Source: Escherichia phage UE-S1
Reading direction: 5' to 3' (one strand)
Sequence record: ON568341.1
Length of the DNA stretch: 64,000 nt
Part shown: in pieces, positions 63,782-64,000 of the stretch
Numbering within the stretch: position 1 is the first letter of the stretch
Layout: the number at the start of each line of letters is the position of its first letter
Notes under the pieces: model-generated
The model's input: the letters and a program-made list of their open reading frames with translations, nothing else
What the model was told of the DNA's origin: nothing
The model's database searches: none
Program-made: the position numbers and the translations under genes

Positions 63782-64000
63782 TGGATTTTCCAGAGAAGTT
63801 ATTTGTTGCACGTTCCTATGTAAACCACAACCAAGTTGATGGTTTTATCATTGATGCAACCAAATCACACACAAAAGCATTTGAAACAAAGAAAGAAAGA
63901 GCAGAGTATTGGGCAAAGAAGAACAATCTTCCATCGTTGTTTATTGACAACGTTCCAACCACTGGATTTTGTGTAGTTGATAAATTAACAATTCATGCAC
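63781..64000 (+). CDS. hypothetical protein, 3-prime truncated at window edge
   Basis: ATG 63781 overlapping upstream TGA; open to window end. Confidence 0.4.
   Translation, partial: MDFPEKLFVARSYVNHNQVDGFIIDATKSHTKAFETKKERAEYWAKKNNLPSLFIDNVPTTGFCVVDKLTIHA

Noticed and set aside
1-64000. Prophage or mobile-element signatures (integrase, transposase, att sites)
   Set aside because: No recombinase-like ORF or flanking inverted or direct repeats recognised; the architecture fits a virulent phage genome segment.

Overview
This window looks like part of a large virulent phage genome: AT-rich, every supported gene on the + strand, densely packed, with sigma70-type promoters and frequent start/stop overlaps. 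Bases 1-9650 are an early-style region of about 30 small genes, most behind their own TTGACA-16/17-TATAAT promoter, a conserved 5-prime stem-loop and an RBS. From about 9.9 kb to 46.4 kb the window is dominated by two very large tandem paralog families that I cannot assign to any known family: FamA (about 30 mini-genes of ~70 aa with a C-terminal LGTNYQE motif) and FamB (more than 50 genes of 100-285 aa sharing an acidic-x-x-[LY]-F-Q-x-S-[LT]-V-x-D motif). The last 17 kb carries recognisable enzymes: a phage-type Dam methyltransferase, an HxGH nucleotidyltransferase, T4-like RNA ligase 1 and polynucleotide kinase/3-prime-phosphatase (an RNA-repair pair), and a lambda-type Ser/Thr phosphatase, interleaved with further small paralogs. 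A minimal Hanks-type kinase-like ORF sits in the early region. A 730-bp GC-richer noncoding island (46.4-47.1 kb) holds a perfect 55-bp tandem repeat. No rRNA, tRNA, CRISPR array, integrase or transposase could be supported. Homology calls rest on motifs and remembered T4 sequences, not on searches.
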